Source: Phoronis australis (taxonomy: Eukaryota > Animalia > Phoronida). From it: 64,000 bases of DNA. Positions 39,481 to 53,600 of this stretch are shown here, piece by piece. The notes below the pieces were generated by a model. It saw nothing but the letters and a program-made list of their open reading frames with translations, was not told the DNA's origin and did no database searches. Within the stretch, counting starts at the first letter, position 1. Each line of letters starts with the position of its first letter. The stretch lies in the NCBI GenBank assembly GCA_002633005.1, contig NMRA01000022.1, positions 1,714,502-1,778,501 on the forward strand, read 5' to 3'. Position numbers and translations under genes: made by a program.

Positions 39481-41745
39481 TGAATCTTCGTCCAGCCAGG
39501 GTGTATTTTCCTGTCTACGGGTAAAAACATGATGCATTTGTTTCCAAACAATTACAGGACCTTCAATCCCTTGATTTTGGGGTCGAATATCGGCCCTATT
39601 CCCCTCTCAAAAATATTGAAAATCACGCGAAATTCCCCTCACGAGGCCTAAAAATTCTCCCAAAGGGATTGAAAATTTTCCCTCGAAGTTCAAATCACTT
39701 GTAACCACACAGGTGATAATTTGAAAGAGCACAAAATGTTACTTGAGGCAGAGCCTATGAGAGCTTGTAACAGGGCGGGGGTGATATTGATGGTGATTGG
39801 GAGGTAGATATTCTTCTTCACTCGGCGGTTGAAAATATTCCCCTCTCAGAAGGCACAGACACCTTCCCCTCGGATGAACGAGGCCCCTGAAGGAACATGA
39901 TAACGATGCTTGTTCTGCTCAGTAAACTGAAATTAAGCTTTAAAACGAGGTGCTATTTCAGATTATGCTTTGAACGAACGAACTAGGTGTTTTGATTTTA
40001 AATTATAACTTGGTCCAGAGTGATATTTGAAACCTAACACATGAAATAGATGTAAGAATTAATCATTAATCATTCTTGCAGGTTAATGACAAATCAACTG
40101 TTAGTCCCAGTAGTCCCTAACTCACTACCAGGATCTAGGCTATGCTTGATATTAATATTCTTGATCAACAAATTAAACCAGATTTGACTTCATGCACATA
40201 ACAGCAAAGTGCGATGAGCCACCACTGTCAAATATATCTTCAACTCGTCAAAAATACGAGCAGATGACCTGGTTCGTGTAGAAAGCATTTTTATCAACAA
40301 TTTACAAGAAGAAACGTAACCCTGCGTTCAGCATATGCCTTATCCTGTAACAAGATCGCCGCAATTTGGTCGTATTTACTTTTCATGTTTCTAACGTAGT
40401 TTTCCGAAAAAAATATACCCTTTCGTCAGACAACTCTTTGGTGCATTGACTTGTTCTCTAATGTATTTTTCTATGTCTCTGTATTTAATTATTGACACTT
40501 TATTAAGATTTAATATCCAGGTTGGACTCGAAAGACCAGCCATTTGACTCACGCAATGTCAACTTTCGCTTTTTTACCAGTGAGCCTCGCTTTGAATTTT
40601 AATGTCTGTTAAGTTAGGGTCTGATGACGATGATTCTTAGTCAATCAAGAGAAAAACAACACCATAGATAGCCGGAGCTGTATATTGGAACGAACAGACA
40701 GCCGCCGAATCCCACGCCGTGGTCGGCAATAATGATAACTACTCTACACTACTCAACATCCTCACTCTTTTAAGTAACTTATCTGCCGAATATAACGTAA
40801 AACTTATAATCTAACTTAAAGTAATACACATCACGATAGTCCCTAAGTAGCCACACTATACTGTCACTTGGTATCGTAGTCCTTTAAATGCGTAGGAGCT
40901 CGACGAATTCGTTCGCTTCTCCTGATCGACCGTCGCTGGATCGGCCTGCACTCGGAACGTCCGTTTGAGTTGGTATACACGGAACGCTCAGAATATCGGA
41001 AAATTCTTGAGGTACGTTTGGCATTACATCTGGGAGCTCAACATCTGCATGGTAACGGTTGAAAAGGCACTCAAGTTGGGCGTATTTGGACTCGGTTTCT
41101 CCGATATACTCCTCCATGGAAGATTCCACCACGTAGCCTACAAGCCAAAGCGAAGGATTGAAAACTTTAATGTGAACATCGGAGAAAATGCACGTTAATT
41201 ACCGAAAATACGTAGCATTTTAGCGCAACGCCGTGGCACTACAGAAACGGCAAGCACGTAATGGGTACTAAATGCGCAGTGCCCACACTGGTTGGAAATG
41301 TACAGTGTACGTAGCATATGACTTAGATTGGCAACAGTCCGCAGTCGGCAAGTGGGCTTCGTTTAGTCTGTCTTCGGAGGTCATAATCACGGTCACCACT
41401 CAAGTACTGACCGGGTTAGGCTGGTGTTGCTTCATCAAAATCACTACCTTTAAAATGTTAACTTGAATGGTTAGTGGGACTCCGAATTTCGACTTGTTAC
41501 GTGTGTCTGTCACGGCGCCGGCTCAACCATCGGCGATCACTGGACTCGAAATTCTCGGGCTAAACTTACAGTTACAGCTCAGTAGGTTTCTTGATCCGCT
41601 AAATATTTTAGTAAACGTTCATTTTGCTTTGAGGGAAGAATTTTTATTCATTAAGGATTTCAGCTATTATTTTTAATCGCATTCGTGCAGTTTTTGTCGA
41701 CGCTGATGTCAACTCGATCTATGAGGCTCGTAGGTGGGATGTGCG

Positions 41746-42677
41746 TAGGCAATGACCATCGCCTCTGTTGGCCGAACCAGAGGCGATGTAGAGGCTATAG
41801 GCGCTCTGTACGCCGGAAGCTTTTCGGCGAATTATGCCTCGCACCGACTGAAACCATCAAAGCCACGTTGTTATAACTACCTTTTGCGCATAGACGAACA
41901 CCTTAGGAGGTTGTCGATGTGTTTAAGTTCTTCCAACTCGAACAAATACTCCCGTTATGAAACTTTTTCTTCGAGCAGTCCCTATTTCAGTTCCCAAAAT
42001 CGTGAAATCAAAATTTTCATTTTTTTTAACCAGGCCGAAGGTCAGAAGTTGCGATCCTACCGGCGAACTTTGAAAGCTGAAGTTCCCGCCCTTTGCGTAC
42101 GTGCTGCCGGGAACCAGCCGTGCATTTGCCGTGTTGTTAAACATTAAAATGTCAAATATGTGCACAAAGACTTTTAAATGTCATATCAACAGCATTTATT
42201 TTTATCAAATACAAACAATAATTCATTGAAATACAAACAGTTTCAAGTAACGCCAATTAAAGACAAGTATAAGTGGTGGCATTTTGGAAACGAACATTTG
42301 ACTGACAAGACCGCAATGGCTCACCTTTGGCCTATTTAAAAATTATTGAGGTTATGAAGTCACATCACCTAGCGAGCGCGGTAAAAGTTGGAGCGTGCGC
42401 AGTACAAAAATTTTGATTTCACGATTTTGGGAACTGAAATAGGGACTGCTCGAAGAAAAAGTTTCATAACGGGAGTATTTGTTCGAGTTGGAAGAACTTA
42501 AACACATCGACAACCTCCTAAGGTGTTCGTCTATGCGCAAAAGGTAGTTATAACAACGTGACTTTGATGGTTTAGTCGGTGCGAGGCATAATTCGCCGAA
42601 AAGCTTCCGGCGTACAGAGCGCCTATAGCCTCTACATCGCCTCTGGTTCGGCCAACAGAGGCAATGGTCATTGCCTA
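41746..42677. mobile_element. Non-autonomous DNA transposon, ~275-bp TIRs, 9-bp TSD GGATGTGCG (AcademH- or MULE-like)
   Basis: taggcaatgaccat.. and ..atggtcattgccta termini; GGATGTGCG at 41737-41745 and 42678-42686. Confidence 0.85.
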
Positions 42678-43924
42678 GGATGTGCGTTGACTTCTGAAAC
42701 ATCCGCGGGCGGTTTACGTCACGTGTTCTCGACATAAATCTTCACCCCGTTCCCGTAGGAACTTTTTCTGAAGGCTGTTGCCTTTTGTCTTTGTCATGGC
42801 GAGATTCATAGGGAAGATAATGTTCACCAAGTCTGCGTGAATATCAGTTAGCACACCGGTCTTGCTTGACGAAGCCATTCTCTGATGTCGGTCTTCCGCA
42901 TCACGTGACATCATAGGCGGAGCCATCTTCTGCTGGCGTAAGGTCAATAGCAACGCCACCTGGTAATCCCTGGGATGCTTGTCCAGCTGGCCATTAACGC
43001 TATAATTCTGTCACTTTTGCTTAAACAACTTCCAGCTTTCCTTAGAGGCTGGGCCAGAAAAGTCCGGGGCAGACGGAAGGTGAATTCCTGGCACAGGTTT
43101 CGGTTTTGGGGGCATGTTGCAAAGTCAGCACGCAGCGAAGTTACAGGGACAGAGGCCTGCGAGAGGTCAGATCGGTGGCGTGTAAGATTGCCAGTAAAAC
43201 TGGAAGTCCGGCACAACCGGTTCAAAAAGGCACTACGACTGTTCGCTAAACGCTTCACACGATGATTCTCAAGAGAAAAACAACACCATACATGTAGATA
43301 GCCGGAGCAGCATATTGGAACGAACAGACAGACGCCGAATCCCACGCCGTGATTGGGAACAATACTAACTACTCTACACTACTCAACAATGTTCGCCCGA
43401 GAATTACAAATAAATTATACTCAGTCGAACTCAATCGAGTTTTTGAGACCACTACAGCTCGCGGCTGATGTAGAACAACACAAAGACCGGAACCGCTGAT
43501 TACGTCACACAAAAGTTTAATTTTTGCTTTTATTTCTTTATTAAAAGCATACAATTTGAAGAAGAAATACTTAAAACATCATACCAAAATTTTTGGTAAC
43601 TGAATTCATGGACTTATGACCATGGTGTGAGGGGTTAAACAACGGAATTGGTTAGTCAGTGAAAAGTACACGTGGTTAAGATTTTGAATTTTGAAAATCA
43701 GGCAAGAAATATGACTTCCATAAGCTAAAACAATGTTTGTAGTGTCCTGTTTCTCGTTAATTCCAGTGGGTGTGCAACATAATTGCACCAGTTACCAAAC
43801 TAGCAGGCAGCACTTGAAATTGAGGTAAGTCAAGTGTCCAATTCCTGGCATGATAGTAAAGATGAGAAAGGTTTTATCATATTGCTAACAAGAGACTTGA
43901 AGTTTCTTGTACATGTTTTTACAG

Positions 43925-44227
43925 ATGGCCCCACTTCGCTTTCCCTCAGGCCTGGAAATATTGTCGATGTTATTCACGGCAAAAACGTGACTATTGACTG
44001 TTTCACGCCTCTACTTTATCCCGACGCCACCATTCAATGGAACAGGTCCCAGGGTCAAGGCGTTAAACGTGTTACAGCAGGCACCGGCGGCAGGAAGTCG
44101 CTGTTGATTAATTTAACGATAACAGGCACGCCCGCTCTAAACTTTGCCAGCTACAAATGTTCAGCCAAAAACACCCAACCAGGAGTATCTATTGCTGCAA
44201 AGACAAGTGTACACATTCGAGTCATTT
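43925..44227 (+). CDS. Ig-like domain exon 8
   Basis: tttttacAG..T|gtaagt, 303 nt; GPTSLSL..IDCFTPLLYPDATIQW..YKCSAKN. Confidence 0.85.
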
Positions 44228-45399
44228 GTAAGTAAGTTTTGTCACTAAAAGACAGAAAGATATATATGTTTATTTAGAATGTAAAAACACTCGGCGACGC
44301 TTCCGACACTGGGTGTTCGGAAGGTTTTGTCAGATATTACTACATTTATCACAAAAACGTATTCTTTAATTCAAAATTTGACTATTTTGAGTTGTGGTTT
44401 TTACTGTTGACAGCACTTAACTGACTTCTCCAGTTCTGCGGAGTAAAACATCTGATATGTTCTCGGTGATAACTTCCGGCTTGCAAACCAACGAGACGAC
44501 ATAGCGGCGAAGTTAAATTTAAATGATGTTGGCGCAAACGCAAAAAGTACGTAATTTCCGTGTAACGTTATCGCGTATTTGTACAGCAGCTTTCAAGTTT
44601 GTGCAGGCGTTTTCCATCCAAATCTACGCTCGTGTATTCTGACGGGCGTTTATGCTCGAGTGTAGGAACATTTTTCTCGAACGTGAGACCATGCAGACGC
44701 TTTAAAGTGCTTACCGCTACTGTGCCAGTTGCCTGGACGCCGCGGTATTTAAGCCACCATTGGGCAAAATTTAATTTTTTTGAACAACAATAAACGTCTT
44801 GGCTACTTTTGATTGTCTGATATTTGTAACATCACTTGTATGTAGCAAACACACCTCAAAACTAGTCAAGAATCATATCATCCTTACCTTGAATTCCAGA
44901 TGAAGGATTGACCATTTTCTCTGACATAATGTTTCCACATCTCCATCACAAATTATTAAGTTTTCCAGGCTCGTCACCCAAGTGAGAACACATTTGTGTC
45001 TTGAAGACACGTAGATGTTAATGTCCCTGGTGGGAATTTGTGACTTAATTAATATCGAATGACAAGGTTAGATTCGTAGAACAAGACTGATTTAATAAGA
45101 TAGTGTGTATGAAGGAACACTAGGAAGAGCCAAGTGGTTGACAATCACAGTGGTCGCTATTAATACTAACAAGATACAAGTCTCTACAATCGGACGTTTT
45201 GTACTACTCGTAATTTCAAGCGCACGCGATAACGCAAAAAATTCATACGTACAGTATTGGCGGTGTTGGATCAAATAGGTCGTGTTTTGAGATTGGAATA
45301 TTTAGATGGAAGTGTGTGAACTTGTAGTACAGGAATAAACAAGGAATTCCGAGTTTCTTCAATTGTCGTTCGAACTTTGCGTAGCTCCACATGGGTATG

Positions 45400-47370
45400 G
45401 TATATGTGTGACTAGCTTTGCATGTGGTTAGCTAAGATGGCCACTGACAAGTAAACGCGACCCTCTCTTTCAATACATTTTCACACTCACTACGTGTGTG
45501 AGCCTGTCCGACAGAGAGAAATGTGTTTTTGGGATCAGCCCTACTGCAAATTCAAATGTGAAACCTTCGCACTGAGTCACTGTCAAATAGTCTACACGTG
45601 GAGGTCAATCCCACTCACTAAATGACAGAGTATTTTAAGCACGTTTAAATGGTAAAGTTACCGGCCTTGATTTCGGTAAATGTGCAGTCAAACGGCAACG
45701 ACCACGAATGACGACTTTGTTGTTGTCAAAAATACGTAACTTCAAAAAATCTATCTCATCCCACAACAGTCCCCGTGTTTGGGCGTCAAAGCGACAATTT
45801 CCCTTTATTCTGGAAAATTTACAGATATGTCCCTATCATGGATCGGATGGCACGAGCAATTGTTGGAACATATCCCACAACCACTGTGCCCCCTATTGAC
45901 AATTTGCGTTTTTCACAAAGCAATTTCATCAGGTTTAAACAATGACATACAGTAGACATTTGTTCAAAAATCCAGGATATTAACCATTAAACTGCAGAAG
46001 TTTTCGAAAGTTGATGTTGACTGCTTCCTTCTTCAGTGTGACTCTGTGACGTACATGTAGTGGGGATCAAGATGACGTCATATACGCGGGAAAGTTTAAA
46101 TGCACCATCGTCTCTATTCAAGACATTTAATGGAGATGGATTCCCTTATTCTTCTTGTTCTAGTGTCCCTTTCACTATCGATTATTTTTGCATTATCCCA
46201 GTCAATCACATAATTGTTTTTTTTTTCTTGCGTGATCAATGATAGCTGATTTGTTAAATTCACTGACAATCCGACCTGGTGAAAGCTCTATATACTGATG
46301 ATGTTTAGTCACACTATAATCAAAATTTCTACCAGTTGCAGCAATATAAATTTTCTTCCACGAAGCACAAGGAATGTTGTATAAACAATAGCACGCGAAT
46401 CTATCGGATGTACCAATAACGTACGTAGAGTAAAAATAGCTTTGAGCACAGACCTGATATCCTAGGAAAGTAGTAGCATGGACTCGTGACTAATGTTCAC
46501 AGAAGGTCCCGAGTCTACTATGAATTCTACCGATGTACCAAGGAGTGAAAGGTTAACTTTGGGGTTGTTGTTCTTGACAGTTTCAGCGGTGAATAAATAT
46601 TCAGTCAGAATTCGCTGTCGTGTTCAACAAAGTCTTCTTGAAAGGGCGAATATAATTTGCACTGGTGTAATGCGAGTGAGTTGACACCATTTTATCACTG
46701 GCACGCTGTTTGGGGACTTCAAGTGCGTGGGCTTCGTCTAGTGCCAGCGTCATGTTGTCGCGGAGGCCACGACAGCGAAGTTGAGTGGACAAGCATCCAT
46801 GAAACTGTGTTAGGATCTCACGATCTGTATCATGGAAGTTGCATGCGGCTGCTACTGTTCTCAAGCTAGTATGAAATGAGTCGATTGTTTCCCGATGGTT
46901 CTTGCACTGCCTGTCTAAATGTGTAAGTTTCGTATGTAGCGTCTTGCTTAGGAATGAAGCAAGTAGTGAAGTTTTGTTTCACAGGAACATATGCATCTTA
47001 TTCCACTTGCTGATCGACCGACATTCTATCGTAAGTGTTGAACCCATTATCGCTTATGTAATGCAGCAAGAGGGCTTTCTTTCTTTTGGGATCAGTAATT
47101 TCTAAGCGACAAAGCATGTTTTCAAATTTGGTCAACCATTTCAGCCACCTAGTACCAGTTTATTGTACATTTGCATGTACTGGAAATAGGCGGAAACTGG
47201 TAGGGATATCATATCGGCAATGGGACTGACCGCTGTCACACAGGGCCAAGGTCACGTACAGTGAAAAATGCACTTCAAATGGCAATTTTGACAGTTCATG
47301 CGGGGAGAACAAGAATTCCCGGATTTCTCGATTGTTGTTGGGGTCTTGTTGATCCTCGCCGCCAGTAGTG
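45400..47370 (-). mobile_element. Decayed Gypsy element (PBS and gag)
   Basis: Minus-strand TGGCGGCGAGGA PBS-like site near 47352-47364; RTVAAACNFHDTDREILTQFHGCLSTQLRCRGLRD gag motif; left boundary approximate. Confidence 0.6.
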
Positions 47371-47589
47371 TATCGCTATTTTTACTAATGAAAACAAAGA
47401 TTAATCAGGAGCCAACGTGTATTGTTTTTGTCACCCAATAACTGTACCGGGAGTGTGCCATACATTTATTCCAATAGGGCAACACTACAAAATCGTCTGG
47501 CATCTTGTACTCAGATTTTGACTTAGGGCATCATATTATAATTAGTAGTGACACAAATGGCAGATACTGAGAGAGACAGGCGTCAAAAA

Positions 47590-48350
47590 CATACGCGAAT
47601 TCTTAATGGCCACCAGGTGGCGCAGAAAATATCAAGTCTGTGCAAAAATGGGAAAGCCTTGTCGTCTCCTCAATAGAAACCGATTTTCCAAATTTCATGA
47701 AAATGTATGGATGAACTCTGAAGATACAGAGGAAAACGCAAAAAAAAAAATTCGCCACTAGGGGACACTGTGGTATGGTATTGGGATTAGTTTGACATTT
47801 GTCACCTTTTGTCGTCGGCTCCACGGGAACGCATCTTTCAAAGTTTACAAAGCTCATTCAGAGGGTAAAGGTGATTCGGCCGTAAATTAAAAAACAAAAT
47901 CGCCACTAGGGGGAGACACAGTTGTCGAATCCGTCAGAAAGTCAATCTCAGTCGGGGCCTTCTTCTCAGTAACACATCTGTAAATTTTCTTAATGAAGCG
48001 CGATATGGCAGCTAAAAAGGCAGACGCTAGAAAACGGACGCAAAAATAACAGAAATGGCCACAAGGTGGTGTCAGATCCGTCGAATCCGTCCGAAAATGG
48101 AATCGCATCGTCGTCTCCTTACTAAAAACTACTTGCTGAATTTCATGAAAATCCATCAAAAATCCCCAAATACAGAGGCAAACGTAACAATTAAAATTAT
48201 CACTAGGGGGCACCGCGGTATTCGTGTCGGCGCGAAACTCATCCTCCACTGTCTTCAGCCACGTTGGAACACACCTGCCAAATTTCAACAACATCCTGAA
48301 AGGAATTTAGAAGATTCAGCCGCGGACACCGGAAGCCCTAATAGAGATGA
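47590..48350. repeat. Degenerate tandem array of ~145-155-bp units each carrying a CCACxAGGxGG motif
   Basis: Motifs at 47610, 47755, 47903, 48059 and 48200; recurring aaatttcatgaaaat; a related reverse copy at ~28480-28660. Confidence 0.6.
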
Positions 48351-51169
48351 CGGCAATATACACCCGCATGATTCTGGGCGCATAAAAATGATTTGTCTTT
48401 ATCCAGTGGTAATATTTTAAATCAGTGACGTCATTTCCCAATTGGCTGAATGGATTAGTCTGTCAGCACGTAAAAGGTTTGATTACTACACTCTGTCATT
48501 TTTCATATTTTGGTTTTTAAGACTAAGCATATTTTTGTGACCTGTTAGATATGCGAAATAACAATTATCAAATTATTAACCCTTTTCTTGTAGTGTTATC
48601 AAACACCATCAAGATCTCGTCAAAGGCTTTCTATTGATATGACTTACGCAATTCGGTTGAAAAATGGCGGAGTTACGAACAGTTTTAGTGACAGTAAGTA
48701 TAGTAAACACACTTTGCCCATTAGGATAGTGCTTCGAAAATGTAAATGATCCTACGTACATGATCTTAGAACTCAGAAGGTGGTTGTTCATGCGAATGTA
48801 TCTTCAAGGATATTAAATTGTTGCAACATGCCTCTAGAGACGACTTCACATGTACGTTACGCCTTTCAACTAGGCAACGACTGGCATCCTGAAGTGAGAA
48901 TGCTTGGGGACATTAATTAGCCTGGAAGAAATATGAAAATATTGGGATACTTTCAGTGATAAAAGTTTTAAACACATTAACAAAAAATCCTCCCCGTAAT
49001 CCATAGCAAGAAACAACATAGGAACAAAGAAATGCAAACAACAACTCACTGAACTCAGTATGCATAAGATCGCGGTTGACATTCAAATCCTGGAATTCTA
49101 TGATATCGAGCCTTGATGAGCGTTCATAAAAGTTGTCAAAAAGGTTACTATGACGTAGACCAGCCCCGTTTCAGACGGATTTGACCCACCTTGCGTCTCC
49201 TAGTAGCGTTCACTGTAGATGTACTATGCGCGCACCCAGCCTAAAATATAGGGAGGTTCGAATTCTTCGATATGCGGACCTTTATCTGAAACAAATCAAC
49301 GATCGTATCTAGCCTGACTGGGCTGGGCTGATAAAAATGAAAGTTAAGTTATAACGTATTTGAGCTTAAACTAATAGCATTTCTGATTTCCTCGTCAAAT
49401 GTTGATCATGTTCCGTTTTTGAATCACCAAAATCGCCCAACTACAAGAGAATTTAAGACAATCTATTCTGTCCAAACGGATTACCAACGTACTGAGCAAA
49501 AGCCTGAGCTGGGCAGTTAACAAAAGAGCCAGATGTTATCGCACGTTCAGCACCCCTCACGTCTGGAAAAGTTACTGAACGACAGAACGCTGTAATGTGT
49601 AACAGCTAAAAGTGAATTATCGAAGCTCTTTAAACATTTTTGACATAAAGGATTAATTTTGGGTTGGTGAAATGATTTATTATATGGAGTTTATCGGGTG
49701 AACGTTGTACTGAGAAGAGCTGACCAAAAAGTTCGTTCAAAAACTGGTCGATTGAAGAGCAAAAATCGGTTTATTTGTCGCCTGGTCACCATGGTCACAT
49801 TCATTGAATCTATAATTTACCCCAGCGTTTAGGGTGAGCAACCACAACACTGAGCGTAGATTAACTGAACACTTTCATCTTAATTCTTATATGTTATAAA
49901 TATTTATTACAAAAGGGGTTTTAAACAAGGAGTTGATTCAACATCGGACACAAAGTTTTCTTTTCCACACGAATTCGCCACTCATCAGGACATACACTTT
50001 TCTGGTTCATGAATTCTCGTGACCTGTGGTTAATGTCAGCAGCAAAATGAGAATATAGGTCAAGGTGTTTGATCAAAATTCTCTGGGAGACAGTCTTATC
50101 TGAGTCCCTTAGCGATAAATTGACACGTGATTGGTGAGAAGCGCCATCTGTTTGTGGTAAAGGTATTGGATGAGCGGGTACCTTTTGCAGCCGCGCCAGC
50201 ACGCATAATTTTCCTCAGGAACTGTTTTTACACCGGCGTTTCTGATTGACTAGTCGAATTCTCAACAGGCAGCGTTTTACGCAAACAAACTGGCATGTGA
50301 CTGAAGTGTAAATGTGGTCTGTTTGTGTAGACAAATTGGTGCTTAAAATTTATATTCAGGAAATGTGAAGCCTAGAAATTGTGATTGCGCCTTTTCGGAA
50401 TGCATCTGTCTACTGTCGATGACTTTTGTTTACAATAGTGTCCTGTATTCATACAGTATGAATAACACACCGGTTAAATCGGCCAGGTGTGTTATGTGCT
50501 TCAAGCACGCGGCTATTAAACATCACTGCGGAAACGAAATAATTTCTGCGACGCCACTTGCTTGACAAGACTAAAAATCGCTCACAATCCGCCATTTTTT
50601 CACAGTGTTGTAAAGCTAACCAATGACTGCTGAGGTTACCGGTACATCAACCAATGCTAAAGCGCGTGCCACTGCGTGATACCTGGGTGCTGGCTAGGCA
50701 CGTGGGGGACCAACGAGAGTTTGTATGCTCAACTGTTTCAAAACTCGACTTAAATTTCTGTCTAACTTACGGCCGAAGACCAAAAACGGACTAAACGCTC
50801 ATGAAACTTCCTTTTGTCAAATATTGAACCTTGTACATTTCGTCTTATGTTTCATGAAAGTTACTGTTAACAAGATTTTCTGAATTTGAGGGAAAATCTC
50901 TTGAGGTGAAATCAAATACGGAACATAAACTTTTTTATTTTGTTTTAGTGAAAAGGAATTAGCTTTCTTGACGACCGTTCATTTGAATGAATAATGGTGC
51001 CACTGATAGTGTACCGGTAGTTATTTGTGTTATTGTTCTGGTGGAAACAAGCTAACATGTATTCAAAATTATAAAAACAACCGGGACATTCAAGGCTCGA
51101 CGTGATTTTAGGTGCAATCCTTCTCCGCTGGCGAGCGGTCCCACGGCCGAGCTGTCAACGTCAAAGCTA

Positions 51170-51430
51170 AGCGCCACTACATGCGCGCACCCAGCCTAAA
51201 AATGGGGGGAGAGCTCCAATTGTTGAGAATGTGGACCTTTTACAAAGAATTCAAGGGGTATATTCAGAGCAATGAATTGTGCATTCGCCGAATTTTTGTA
51301 GTTCCTGCCTTTTTGCTGCACTTTTGTCTCGTTTTCTATTTTTTTCGCAATTTTTGTTTCTCTAAGACGGACTTTTTGCTTACTTCGTTCTAGACCCTCG
51401 ACCCCCCGGGTGCGCGCATGTACTACTGTA
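51170..51430. mobile_element. Short MITE-like element
   Basis: tacatgcgcgcaccc and gggtgcgcgcatgta inverted ends; partial copy at ~49220-49290. Confidence 0.45.
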
Positions 51431-51622
51431 TCGCCTGTGTACGTGGAAACATAATCTATGGTGGAAATAAGTGAGCACATGTCAAGAAATTGGCAAAAAT
51501 AAAAACCTGTCGAAATGAATGAAAATCTCACAATTTGGAGCGTATATACTATATTGCATGTGACTACAGACCTGAAAAGCCGCAGTCTAGTGCAAAATAA
51601 TGGGCAATTTTGGCGTTTTTAG

Positions 51623-51952
51623 ACGGACCAACGCTCGTGTTTGTCACCCACAACATTAGCAATCAATACATTCGAAATGTGACGAACAAGACTGTGGAAG
51701 TATTGAGCGGCAAAACACAGCTATTGACTTGCACAACAGACATGTCTTGGAAAACAGTTGACATCCTGTGGACGTACGCAAGCGCACGCGTAGTGGAAAC
51801 CAAACAAATCTGGCAACTCGGCAGAACGTTCACGAAAAGCCTGGTGCTCAAACCTCAGTCTACATGGCATGGAGACGTCGTCACCTGCAGTGCTTTCAAC
51901 GTAGCTCACAATGCATTTATAGCCAACTCCTCCTACACTCTTAAGGTTGTAG
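51623..51952 (+). CDS. Ig-like domain exon 9
   Basis: gtttttAG..G|gtgagt, 330 nt; GPTLVFV..LTCTTDMSWKTVDILW..VTCSAFN. Confidence 0.85.
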
Positions 51953-52349
51953 GTGAGTGCAGCATCTGCGAAACCACCTTAATTGTTCACGTCAAATCAT
52001 CTCTGGTTTACTCTAGTCGGACGGTATTCACCGTGTGAGTTGTGATGTCTACATGTAAATGTCAGCCCGATCCGTCGACGATGCGAGCAGTAAATTTTTA
52101 AAGCACTGAAATTACCTTTGATTTGATTGAGGAAAATTTGAGACCATTTATAACAGTCTGTCGTATGAATCAATACTATGAAGTCGCTTTAGAGGAATTT
52201 TGAACCTGCGTTCATGGGTTTTTGGTAACGAACCCTCGGCTTTGCATCCCTGTTATTGTAACGAAGAGGTAGAAATCAAGTAACGATTGAGATTAAAGAG
52301 TTGGATCACTAGCGATATCGATTAACTTCATCTTGACCATTTTTTGCAG

Positions 52350-52670
52350 ATGGGCCGAGTCGGGTGCATATAACTATATCGGACGGGCAGGATGTGGTGA
52401 AGGAAGTGAAGATGTACTCCGGTCAACCAGATTTGACACTCTCCTGTACAACGGACTATGTCTACCCTTGGGCGGATTTAGTATGGCAGCCTGCCGGTGA
52501 AGTCTCCCAAAGTGTTAGACTTGGAAATACGTTCCAACGAAACACGATTATTAACGTTGATAATTTTACCGACGTCATAGTGAAGACTTGCGTGGCTACA
52601 CGCACAAACCATCCACTTAACTTTCACTTGACGCCTTCGGCCAATGCTTCCGTAACCATCAGGAATACTC
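52350..52670 (+). CDS. Ig-like domain exon 10
   Basis: ttttttgcAG..C|gtgagt, 321 nt; GPSRVHI..LSCTTDYVYPWADLVW..KTCVATR. Confidence 0.85.
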
Positions 52671-53600
52671 GTGAGTGAGGCTCCAACTATGATCGTTCCT
52701 TTTGTTGGTCAGAGCAGCCACTTGTGACATAGGGGGGATAATATATGTCGACTGAGACAACGTATGCAGTCACTTTGTGATGCTACGTATTGTGACTACC
52801 TAAAAGCGTCCATCTTCAACAAAAATGTTTTGCTGTATTCATGATGTAGGCCTACGCAATACTGCGTGTAACCATAGGTTAAGGTAACGGCAAATAAAAA
52901 CTTCGACGAAGAACTCTCCTGGTAGATATGGTGGATGTTTCAAGGATCTCAATGAAGATCCAAGGTCAAAGTTGGAGGATTACTGAGAAAAACAGGCATT
53001 TACAATTCCAAATGTTAAAGTTTACAAATCAACGTGACCGCAAACGAGGCTCGCGTCAGACATGGTTAGTATTATCTCCAACCATGCAATCCTGAACTTT
53101 CCGCGTTTAACTTCCTACTACCTCGTTTTGGTTTTTCACAATTTCCTGAATCCCCGCTAGACTCTGGATCCGCCTATGCCCCAAAAAGCCTAGTGTACAG
53201 ACTACCTTTCAACACACCGGGGGGAAAATGCATCGCCAGTGTTTATTGCACATAGTGTTGCATCCGACATGTATTGTCGCCCGGCTGACAATGTGTTAAA
53301 GGCATGCAGGCCTATCGTCGCGTTGGTCCTGTATTGTCGCTCCAACAGCGTTCTCTTTAACAGCATCCTTTTCCCCCTTTCTGCTGTTGTTTTTTCATCA
53401 GCTCGAATTCAGTTCTTAATAAGTAAATTCAACCGTTCCGCTAATTTTAATGAGTGAAATCGCCTGTTCGGCGGCCATTGATCGCTCTAACGTACGAGCG
53501 GCTGAAAAGAATGCCTGTCATACATGTACATGTATGTTTGCATGTACGTTTATAGTGAACGTCATTGGACTCCGTTCTCACCACGATTGGGGTATTTCAG

